Origin: Balanoglossus misakiensis
Lineage: Eukaryota > Animalia > Hemichordata
Assembly (NCBI GenBank): GCA_040954595.2
Contig: CM082591.2
Location: 1,105,882-1,169,881, forward strand
Direction: 5' to 3'
Length of the DNA stretch: 64,000 bases
The notes under the pieces were generated by a model. It did no database searches. It was given only the letters and a program-made list of their open reading frames with translations, and had not been told where the DNA came from. Both the position numbers and the translations under genes were made by a program. Positions 24,153 to 36,500 of the stretch are shown here, piece by piece (within the stretch, counting starts at the first letter, position 1; each line of letters begins with the position of its first letter).

Positions 24153-25249
24153 ATGATTTTCTCGGTAAAACTACAATTTCTTGTAATTATGCTAAGTTTC
24201 AACAACATTTACACGTTCTGTGCTGTCATCAATCGATCGTATGCAATGCCTTTATTATCTCAACGACCAGAACTCGACTGTCTGCCTGGACAATTCGTCT
24301 ATAGAATTCCAGCTGGAATCTACACGAACGACAATGGAGTTGACCAGGCTATAGATCCAGGGTTTGTCTGTCGTCAGTGTCAAATCTGTCCCGTGGGGGC
24401 AGAGGTCGTTACAAGATGCAAGACCTTTACTGACACTGTGTGTGGAGGGTGCGTCCAGGAGGGGTATGTGTTTGATGAGGGGACCAAATCCTGCCAACCG
24501 TGGTACATTGTGGAGGGCCGACAAGAAGGCGACAAGAAAGAAGAAGTAACAACTCAACCGAGAGAGGAAGTCACGGAAAGTTCACCTGACTGTGATGAAA
24601 ACCCTGACACCATTTCCTCAGCTGATGTTGACGCACTCTTCGTTGCCGCAGCAACGCTATTCGCTGTCGTCAGTTGTACAGCAGTTGTCTTGGTGATCAT
24701 CGCAGCTGTGAGCGCTCATTGCAACAGGAACAAGAAATCAAACTCGAAGAAAATTGATCCCTCGAAGATAGGTATGTAAATTGTTTTCTTTCAACTATAA
24801 ACCTGAACCACAAAATGGTGATCTGAAACTAATGCTATCAGGGAAGTCCCCTAAACAATAGCCTACCAAATGAACTATATATCAACCGCTGTGTACATAA
24901 AGCCGTACAATCTAGATCAGATCAGCTGACAAGAGGATAAAGGTTCACGAATATCGTGAATACATCTGAGCGCATGGGCAGCTACACCAATGTTTAAAGG
25001 AAAACTTTGTAGTGCACCTGTTTTCTAACCAAACATACTTTCACTTTCGTTTCAGGACAAAATTTGCCAACCAATATTCCAAAACTTGACACGATGGAAG
25101 CAAAGGAAGGCTACACAAATCTCAACTACACAGAGGATGACGGGAGACAACCTTGTTTGCCGCAACTGCATGAGGAGAAGGTGACTTCAGCGGGAAAGTC
25201 GGACCAAACAACGAAATGTTCCTGTGACGAAGCTGGCACTGTTTACTGA
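24153..25249 (+). CDS. TNF receptor superfamily-like type I membrane protein D (close paralog of A, inverted)
   Basis: Exons 24153-24771 and 25056-25249. The ectodomain is almost identical to A. TM LFVAAATLFAVVSCTAVVLVIIAAV; tail QNLPTNIPKL...EGYTNLNYTEDDG...GTVY*. Confidence 0.82.
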
Positions 25250-27514
25250 GATGATGTCGTTCTTGCAATGGAGTCAAATGAAACATAAACTTCATTCATT
25301 ATACTGCCTTACTGTATTTACATTACTAAGTTATGTACCATCGGGATATACCATATGAGTTTAGTTGATTAAAGTTTGTTTGAAATTGATTTCTTTATAA
25401 TTGTTTGAGTCGTTTCTGTTATGATTGTTTGTTTGGGACATTATCTACATGTTACCTGAGAAAACGATAGTCAAGTGTCTATCGAATGATGTAAATGCAC
25501 AATGTGCAGAGACGCCATCTTATTTTGGAAGTATGAATTGTTGTCAAGGCACTGAATGCCACTGCAGGCCTGCAGCTCCCTGTCGTTCAAAATTTATTCC
25601 AAATTATTCTCCCCCAATTGTTCGTCATCCTTCACAAAATTATACCCACAAATTCGTTTCCTTAAACATGAATTGTATTGGTAATATTTAGCAGTAAATT
25701 GGTGGTTAAGCTTCAACAAATTACTGATGTAGACGTGACGCCAAATGACCTCGCACTATTAGGTCCTGTGAACCCACTCCCAAGAACTCATTACATGCAT
25801 GTGCAAGCATTGAGGTTGATTAATTAACACTAACATGTCAAATTACCAGGTAATAAAACTGTTGATAGGGGAATATAGTTATCACAAAGAAGCCCATACA
25901 GTTTTCTTATAATCATACACAAAACTTTAATGATAGTTAATTAGTGGCGAGAATAAAACGATTGAGAAATGAAATTCAAGTAAGCTTATTATTGTGCTGT
26001 ACATTGCGTTAATGAAAAGGTCACAGTGCATGCATATGCTTATTAAGAAAAAGCCTAGAAACAGTGTTTGAAATTGCTTCACATGCGAAATTCATCATTT
26101 GTTGGATCATGATCGAATCTGCGAAACAATTCAACATTGATGACAAAATCACCTATGTCATGTCAATAACAGTTTCGGAAGCGCGGTCGAATGTACATCA
26201 ACTAAGGTCCTATCAGTTAGCAATCAGCTATAACGTAAATGAGGGGGTCAAAGTTTTTTTTGTAGATATGAAATTTATATTGTATACATAAATTCTCTAA
26301 AAATGGGTTCAGTGAGAAGGAATTGAACTATGTGCTGACCAGCAACAAGAGCCAAATTAACGCGTTCGACTTCTTATAAGTTTGCTTTGAGAATTTAATC
26401 AATCATCCATTGAAACTGAATACTTCTAACGTGACGCATTGAATTCATATAACTAATTATCATCATGTTAAGACTCTTAGCGGTTGATCGAAAATGATTA
26501 CCTGGCCACAATGCACATTTCTCTGATGATTAATTTTGATATTAAGCAGCACCTTTTATTCCAATGCAATCATCTTTTCTCACCAATTTAACTCCCAAGA
26601 CATTTCTTCAGGGAGATATTGACTGTACACATACTTCAACCAAACAAGTCTGGCATTTAAACCCCAATGCCACTTTTACCATAATTATACTAAAAAAATT
26701 CAATACGCAACCGAGCGGAGTGACATTACTCTTCAAATAGGTTTTCATTGTCTGACTTGACCCAACTGTCGACGTGCACCTTTATAAGGACAACCAAAAA
26801 AGTCCCTCATGATATATAGCCTTGATTACTATAAGTAGATAACCTCTGGGGGATATTGCATGACTAATTACTATTTGCATGTCATTAAAAACTCGTGCGG
26901 CGATTGATGTTGAAAAGACTCGGTAAATAATGAAAAGTTATTAATATATATTAATAACTTTTCATATATTTGTTTAATTTTAAATGTCGTGACGATGCAC
27001 AATGCTAAAATAAATAAATATGTTTTCTTGTAAGAAACTGGATTGACTAATGATCTCCGCCAATACAGTTATTGACAAAGGATTTATTCCTGCATGGCAA
27101 TTTCGTCTGTGTAATGTGCTCGGATGATCTTGTTCAAGGCAAGACTGCTCAGTTGTAGACAGAAGTAAAACGTTGAGTTGCTTGTCACTAATCACTTGTT
27201 GGCAGCTACTAGGACATCTAACGAATGCGCCCAGGGAAAAATTAACCTGAGGACAAAACGCTGGCTCTGCAGTTTTTCTCTTTAAATTGCAGCCGTATAT
27301 GTGTACTCAAAAACTGACAATGACTATAAAAGTTTAATAACAGTATTAATCAATCATCGTATAAAGCAATTAAAATACTTTCATCGTTGTGTATCTCTTC
27401 TTGGTTTCCATGGCACCCATCCACGTCATCATCTATCGAACGCTGCCTAGCGACTCTACACACCTTCATAGTGTAGAGTCGGAGCAGTTCACGCACGGAT
27501 GTAGACACAGAAAG

Positions 27515-30500
27515 ATGGATTGGACTCCGCAGAACAAAGTTTTCGTCAAGTCCGTTTTTGTGGCAGGAATTTTCCTTTTCTTGTGCGCTGATTGGTTCGT
27601 GGATGGGCAGGAGCCAGGTTTGTAACGTTCAAATTTTCCCATCACATTTTGAATCGCACCTGGAAATTTTGGCAATTTTATCTACGGCGGATAATTCACA
27701 AAATGATACGATATCAGTTGCAAGATGATCAAATTAGCCCTTCATTACTGGCGAAGTAAGTCTGTTTTCACACGTTGTGCCTTTGAATACATTGTCTTCA
27801 AGCGTAACTTGTGATCATGTTAACAACCTACATGCCAATGCAAACGCAAACTTCGAACCAAAAAATTTTTCGAACGTTTTGGAGGAGTTTGTATGTAAAC
27901 AAATGCCAGCAAACTATATAATTATGTTTTCCATAAACAACTAAAACTGCGAGGAAGAAAATCCTCTTAGAAGAGGTGTATCCCTGAATTTTTTTCAAAC
28001 TATCGTAGAGTGGACCTTCATATGAAAACAGTTTAACTTTATACTTTTCTCATTTACCTTTATTTTCGCAGACAACGAAAGCCCTGTTCTTACATGTCCC
28101 AGTGATAAAATCGTAAATACTGATACCGGACAGGCTACAGCATATGTCACATGGGCACCACACCCCGCAACAGTCGTCGACAACTCTGGTGAGGCCATTA
28201 CAAGCACAACCAATTACAACCCCGGGAACTTTCCAATCGGTCCGACTGTAGTAACATACACTGCTAAAGATTCATCAGATAATACAGGTTCATGCTCTTT
28301 TACTGTACTGGTGAAAGGTAAATTCATATTTTCTCAATTTTCAATACCAGTAGATCAAAACTAACTTAGAAGCTGTAGAGATTATGAGCAGTGCAAGTTA
28401 ACATCACATCTGAAGCATACATACATATATACATGATGCTTGCATGCTTGCATACATAATTAATATAATTTAATATTTTCCTCAACTATATAGAGTGGTC
28501 CTTCATATGAAAACAGTTTAGCTTTACACTTTTCTGATTTACCCTTATTTTCGCAGACAATGAAAGACCAGTTCTTACATGTTCCAGGGATAAAATCGTA
28601 AATACTGATTCCGGACAGGCTACAGCCTATGTCACATGGATGCCACACCCAGCAACAGTCGTCGACAACTCTGGTGAGGCCATTACAAGCACAACCCCTA
28701 ACAACCCGGGGAACTTTCTGATGGGCCTGACTACTGTAACATATACTGCTAAAGATTCATCAGATAATGAAGGTTCATGCTCTTTTACTGTACTGGTGGA
28801 AGGTAAGAATATACTTTTTCTCAATTTTCAATAGATTTAAACTAACTTAGAGATTATGTTCACAGCAACTTAACATCATATCTGTAGCATACATACATAC
28901 ATACATACATACATACATACATACATACATACATACATACATACATACATACATACATACATACATACATACATACATACATACATACATACATACATAC
29001 ATACATACATACATACATACATACATAGGGTACATACATACAATTAATATATTCTTCAACTATATAAAGTGGTCCTTTATACAAAGACAGTTTCACATTC
29101 CTGCGATTTCCATGGATAATGAAAGAATACTTCTTAAAGCCCCAGTATTTCTCGTGTGCATCCATTTTTCATCATCGAAAAAAGCCCGTTTTTCCAGTAC
29201 ATCCATCATGGAATACTATATAATGAAGATGTAAGAAAAGTTTGGGCAATTGTAGCTACATGCAAGCCGAAAATATCGCCCGTAAAACTTGAAATGATGC
29301 GCGGGTTTGTTTACAACGGAAATGTTGTACATGTCGATCAGCAAACGTGCCACTTTGACATTTTGATGGTCAGACCATTTTCGGATTTGATCTGGTTCCA
29401 TCGACTGATTTCTCCCATAAAGTTATCTTCCCAAAATTTCGCCGAATTAGTGCGCATTTCTTCGCTGAGTCGCTTGATTTGGGGCGACCAAACCTCTTCC
29501 GCATAGATTCACATTGGAGTGCGCATGCGCACTAGTCACGTGTGTCAACATTAGCCTGACTCACGTGACTTTCTGTCCGGACAGAAAGTCATTCTTCACT
29601 CGTTATATTGTAAATTGTATGAGTTTATCAGCAGAGCTGGGGATGATGACTGTTCGATTCAGTATCAATTATCATCTACTTTTAGAAATTATAGATGCCG
29701 TTTCAAACAAAATTTTGCCCCTACGAGAAATACTGTGGCTTTAAATGAAAACAATTTAATGGGCACAAATTTTCTCATTTACCCTTATTTTCACAGACAA
29801 CGAAAGACCAGTTCTTACATGTTCCAGTGATAAAATCGTAAATACTGATTCCGGACAGGCTACAGCCTATGTCACATGGATGCCACACCCAGCAACAGTC
29901 GTCGACAACTCTGGTGAGGCCATTACAAGCACAACCACTGACAACCTGAGGAACTTTCCAATCGGTCCGACTCTAGTAACATACACTGCTAAAGATTCAT
30001 CAGATAATGAAGGTTCATGCTCTTTTACAATACAAGTGGAAGGTAAAGTCTATTTTTCTCAATTTTCTGTACTGGTTGAATACTGGTAATAATGCCATTG
30101 TTTGCTATTTTAAATCAATCTTTACTTGCCCGCAAGCTTTGGAGTTTATATGTAATTGTCTCTTACTAATGTCTACGCCTACAACAGAGTATGACAATGT
30201 GTTCTGCTGAAAATTTTCTAGATACTTCTGTGACTGAATGAAAATCACATTTTGAATTGGTAGGCTGTCGTATAATATGCTGTGGTATGTTACACAGGGA
30301 TCCAATTTGTCTTACATGTGCATTTTAATTTCTTTTCAGACAATGAGCCCCCGACATTTAATAATTGCCCGAGTGATAAAGTGGAAAATGCCGATGACGG
30401 GTCAGATGGAACATCTGTCACATGGGATGACATCACTGCGGTTGACAACAGTGGAATGGATGTTGAAATAGACTTGTTAACATTAAAGGGACCTGGTGCC

Positions 30501-33500
30501 ACATTTCAGATCGGCACCAATCCCGTCGAGTATGAAGCTGTTGACATTTACGGAAACTCTGCCATTTGTAGATTTGATGTGACTGTTATCGGTAAGTTGA
30601 AAACTTAAACTGATGAGAATATTCGGACGGGCATTGAAATAATTCTGTTCTGTTGAGAATTTCTTCTTGATTTGATACTGTTTGTAAAACTACAAAAATA
30701 TTTAGTTTGTGAACATTCTATGTATTATATCATTGTCAAAACCAATGTATTAAATTTCCTTCAGCATATACTTAAGACATGTTCAGTAAGATCATCTGGT
30801 TGTAATTTGGACAAAAGCTGAACTATTGTAGCAGAACAACTCCATATCCTGAGACATTTTGACATTTTTCCCACTGTCATTTCAGACACCCAGCGACCAA
30901 GATTCACCAACTGTCCAGATGATATACAGCAAAATTCTGACGCTGGGTCGGACAGGACAACAGTCACATGGCCTGATCTTAACGCAGAAGATAACAGCGG
31001 ATCCGTTCAAATTACACTACTGACAACAAAGGGTTCTGGAGACGAATTTATAATTGGTCCCACTCCTGTCACCTATAAAGCCAAGGATCCATCCAACAAG
31101 TTTGTAAAGTGCAGCTTCACTGTGACCATCATTGGTAAGTTCTAAAGGCTCATACAAAATGCTAAATGGAATACAGATGGTACAGATGAAGTATCAGACA
31201 CCTGGAAAATTTTACTGCATTCCTGCCTGTACAGAGAAAACTGCCTATTAGCGACACCTCTGGGACCAGAAAATCTGTCCTTAAAAGAGAGGTGTCCTTA
31301 ATAGACCAGGTAATATTCTTTTCAAGGTGTTACTTTTGTCTAAAAATTTTCCTTAAAAGAGGTTTCCTCATTAGAGAGTGTGACAGGTTTACTGTACATT
31401 GTAAAATGTCATATATCACCAATGTGACGTACTTTGAATATTCCTTGCAGACAATGAAGTCCCAGAGATTGCTTGTATGGACCAACAGTCTGTAAGCACT
31501 GACCTGGGTAAAGCCTATACGACCATATCCAATGACCCAGTTACTCTAAGGAGGGACAATTCTGGAAGTGTGACTTTGACCAGAGACAGTGATGCAGCTA
31601 CTGAATATCATATGAGAAGCACAGCAACTATCACATATACAGCAACAGATCCATCAAACAATGCAGCCAGTTGTATCTTCCGATTCACAGTATATGGTAT
31701 GTACGGTACATTTACACATTTTACATGAAATAACATTAGCCTGGTCTATGTGTCCAGTATAGCCGGCTAATTAACATGAGTATAATGTACATTTTGGTGT
31801 ATATGCTTATCACAGGTGTGAGAGGAATACACTTTATATATCTGTACACGTATGATTTGGTATTTTTCATTGCAGATGGTGAGCCTCCCAGTATTACTTG
31901 TCCTGACAGCCAGACTCAGAACACCGATGTGGACAGTGCATTCGCAGTGATTACATGGGACGAAGCTGATGTAATGGTGGACGACAATTCTGGAGAACCC
32001 GTTACTATAACACAGACGGGTGGCTTGACTTCAGGGGATAGTTTTCCTATAGGGCCAACAAGAATTGATTATACTGCAACAGACACAAGTGGTAATGTCA
32101 ACTCCTGTTTCTTTGAAGTTACAATACAAGGTGTGTATTTAAGACATGTTGTTCTTCTTCCTATATTAGCCAGAACAACAACTGAACCTACATTTTTCTG
32201 TGTTTCAATACATGTAACTTAATTTTTCCTTTTGTAATATTAATTTAGTTCTTATTTCTTTATGCTTCCAGATCTACAGCCTCCACAGATAGAGTGTCAT
32301 GATGACTTCAGCCAAAGCACCGACGTGGGAAAAGACTTTGCAACAGTTTTGGTACCAGAACCAACTTTAGCTTGGGACAATTCTGAGCAGTGGAGTATCA
32401 CGGGAAACGTTGAACCAGGGCAGGAAAATATAATCCCAATGGGACCAAAAGAAGTGTTGTATACTATCAGTGATCTGAGCGGCAATGAAGTTTCCTGCAC
32501 CTTCTACATTGATATACACGGTAGGCCCTCATGCACAGTTTGGAATTTGACATTTCAGTCAGTCAATGAGTGTAATAATTTTAATGAATCAATCAATCAA
32601 TCAATAAACTGATTGATTTATTGATTAATTAATTAATTATTTAATTAATAATCACAAGCATATTCAGAGTGGGCAAATAGTCTTTTGTTATGAATAACAG
32701 ATTATGTCAGATAAGTTGTTGGGAACCTACTCTAAACATTTTCTTTCTTTTTCACATATTGCTCCAATCACAGATGATGAAAAACCTGTGTTTGAAAATT
32801 GCCAAGAAGATATTGAGGCATACACAGATACCGGGAAACCGAATACAGCACTGTACTGGACGATTCCCACAGCAACCGATAATCATGGTGTGGCCCATGT
32901 ACAGCCCCCAGACAAAGTACCAGGTGCTATTTTTGGAATTGGTGAAAAAATTCTCATATACACTGCATATGACCATTCTGGCAATTCCCGGCAATGTAGA
33001 ATTACTGTCAATATTATAGGTGAGTACAGTATCACCTGCATTTACAGGGGTCGAATGATGATTTTTGTGTGTGAAAATGTTCCTACTGGTACAAGAGTTC
33101 AGTCATGTTTTGCATCGATAATTCTTTCATTTTTTTAAGTGTTTGCTACATGTTAGCAATAAGGATTGCAGATCACATGCAAACAATATTGTAGATTCTC
33201 GCGGAAAATGTGTGCTAACACAGCGTAATTCGAGCACCTAGACACGTACTTTTGACCATGTAAACTAGAGGTGACATAATGCCTTGTAAGTCTTGCTGTG
33301 ATTCTGTTTCTGCCACAGACGCGGAGTCGCCAGTTGTAACCTGCCCACCAAGTCAGAGCCATCACATCCCACTAGGCCCATATGTATGGAAAAATTGGCA
33401 ACCTGTCGATGTGCATGATAATTCAGGAGAAACAAGCTTTCCAACATGGGGGGTGGACGTCGGATCTCGTTGGGATGAAGATGCCACAGTGCCATTCTAC

Positions 33501-36500
33501 ACTGGTATACATGACATAGTGTTATATGCTAGGGACTCATCTAAGAATATTGGGAGTTGCTTGTTCACCTTTACTGTAACAGGTATGTAAGGATATCCAA
33601 TGATTTCATTGAAATAAATGTTTGATAGATTAAAAATATGGTAAAAGTGGCAGCTATTAAAAGCTAAATGAATTCTTGATAGCTTCTTAAGTCTATTTTG
33701 CCTGATGGTATATTATCTTTGTTGAACTCTACAGCTGATGTCCGTATGACTGATGGTATGACATTACGCGAAGGCCGCGTAGAGCATTATCTGGAAAATG
33801 GAGAATGGGGAACCATCTGTGAGGCAGGCTGGGATAAAACTGACAGTGATGTGGTGTGCAAGGAACTAGGTACATGTGAAATCTTGAAAACAGTCAGATA
33901 TACTAATTATAATTTTAATTATAGTTGTTTCCAATCGTGTGTAACTATTGCACCAATCATATGTCCTGGTTCCTGTCTACAATTTACAAATTACATTTGA
34001 CACATAAGAGTTTAGCATAGTCTCAGCATACTCAATGCACATCTGATATTGAAGATATGTACGGCAGCATGCATTTCGAAGCGAATCTGGCCAATGACAG
34101 CGATAGACGGTCACATTGCATCCATCAAAATACTTTGGTATTCTCGCAATATTCTTTTTGTTTTTTAAAGGTTTTTCTTCGGGAGCACTGGAACCTCTTT
34201 ATCAATCATTCTACGGAATTTCTAGTGAACCAGTATATTCTGAGGTGGCATGCCTGCAGTCACACACCAAACTGGGAGATTGTCCATCGCAAACTCCAGC
34301 TGCCCCTTGTGACAGCAATGCCGCCACCATATGCAAATGTGGGTATTTTATGATTCCATTTGCAAGCGAAATTTAAGTATAGCTGTCATATAGCAGACAA
34401 TGAAAGGCAGCAATCAGTATAAACAAAATCAATAGAATCTTCTGATTTGATTTCTATAATACGAAACTTATAGTGGGAAGAATGGCATAATCGTTTGTTC
34501 CTATTTGCTAACTTGTATTTAGTGAATGTTCGACTGGTTGGTGGCACAACTCCTTATGAGGGAAACGTCCAGGTGTATCTCAACAATGAATGGGGTTCTG
34601 TCTGCGATTTTAGATGGGATGATATTGATGCTAAAGTTGTCTGCAAGGAATTAGGTAGGTTGAGCCTTTTCATGTTGTCCAATCACATCATTTGACACAA
34701 CGTCATTCCATGTCAACCAGTGAAACTATAAGACATCTGTACAATCATTTGTGAAAGTTTATCTTAGTATATTTATATAACGATATGACCATTCCTGGTT
34801 TGGGGATATTTCCAGGTAAATTCTATGCTAATGGTGTGTTTATTATAAAACGAGTTCAATCCTCATCAACGTGACTTGAGTATTTTTTTATACATTTAGT
34901 GTTATTCTGTCACCAGGTTTTCCACTTGGAGGAAAAGCACAATATGAGTCATACTTTGGATTTCATCGTTCTGGTCCGATTTGGATGACAAAAGTTGAAT
35001 GCATCGGCTCTGAAAGGAGCCTGCTTGACTGCGCATCTCGGCAGCCCTATGGAGAGAATTCGTGCAACATTTGGGATGTTGCAGGTGTAGTTTGCAAAGG
35101 TACGCACAGAAACAATGATTTTACTTTTCTTTCTCACTGTCTGGAATGACGATGATCTTTAACCATCGTGAGGGATTAATCCTTTGAGTGGCTTTGTGTC
35201 CACACTCACACCACTAAACCATAGACCTATAATGTTCGGTCCTATAGACACTGTGTTGCAAATAGGCGTTAATCCTTACATCGGTTCAGGTCTGGCCAAC
35301 AAAACTGACCAAACCTTAAGAGTCCCAGGACCACTTAAACCACTTAAACCATTTGAAATATATCAGCTGAGATGTTTCAATAAAGCTTGAAAATGAAATG
35401 ATCCCTGTGTTAATGTATCTATAAATAACTTTCACAATAACTTTCACATATAATCTCTGTAACTTCTGGTTTCAGCACCTATGAGATTTGCAGGTACAGA
35501 CAGCAAGCTTTATAGAGGCCGTGTGGAAGTGTATAATCTTGGTCAGTGGGGCACCATATGTAATGATGGCTGGCAGCAATCTGACTCTGATGTCTTTTGC
35601 CGTCAGTTGGGTAAGATAAATGCATTAAAAAGCTTAACTGAAGAAATCATCTTCTTAACTCTGTGTGAAAAGACAGAGCTTGAATGAAAGATAAAAAAAA
35701 TGTGCCCACATGTGACAAATGTCATTGAATCGCTGGTTCTTAGATGATCTAACTATTTAACCGTTTCCTTAGCAAATGAAACAAGTAATACAACTTGGAT
35801 GATGCATGCATTAAACAAGGATGTTAATGTATTGATTGCTTGCATCTTTATACCTCTGTCATGTACACAGGTATGTTGGAGGGTGTGGATCCTTTAGGTA
35901 CGACTTCCTTTGGTGCAGGAAGTGGTAGAATATGGATGTCTCAAGTGGACTGTGCCGGATATGAGCCAAGTATATTTCATTGTCCATCACTAAAACCTAT
36001 GGGAATTAATGAGTGTAGTCACGAAAATGACGTTGGCATTTCCTGTGTGGGTGAGTTATTTTCATTGTCTTGAAGACATGAATTATCCCAAAAGTCATGT
36101 TCCCCTAGGACAAAGAACCTGAGAAGCAGATGACTGTGTACTAATTGACAAAGGGGGAAATTACACTGACTGAAACCAGTACCTATTTCTATTTTTGTAA
36201 GGTGCATGAAGTGTGCATCATTGCCACAAGGCACACACAGGCAACATATGTCCTACAAGATTATCAGCACAACATGGACAAAAATATAACATGTACAATT
36301 TCCGTAACCATGCAAAAAACACACGTCAATTATTTGCAATTTAATAGCATTTCCGACATAGATGCATTATGCCTTCTTGTCATCTTACAGCACCAACAGT
36401 TCGGCTGATTGGTGGATACACAGCTTATGATGGAAGGGTAGAAATTTTCAGATCCCAGAGATGGGGCACAATCTGCAATGATGGTTTTGATGAAAATGAT

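Larger units (their letters stand above)
28005..30070 (+). repeat. Recent tandem triplication of a HYR exon with flanking intron sequence
   Basis: Exons 28072-28317, 28557-28802 and 29797-30042 (246 nt each) are near-identical. Upstream intron sequence (AGTGG.CCTTCATATGAAAACAGTTT...CCTTATTTTC.CAG) and downstream intron sequence (TTTTCTCAATTTTC) are also repeated. Confidence 0.93.

Noticed and set aside
25300-27400. Short ORFs between TNFR-like D and the PKD1-like gene
   Set aside because: AT-rich, with no recognisable motifs or consistent splice pattern; treated as UTR/intergenic.
28847-29165. ORFs with (VCMY)n repeats
   Set aside because: They are translations of the (CATA)n microsatellite on the minus strand.
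29156-29506. 116-aa ORF inside the TTAA-flanked element as a transposase
   Set aside because: No DDE or other recognisable motif, non-ATG start, and the element is too short to be autonomous.
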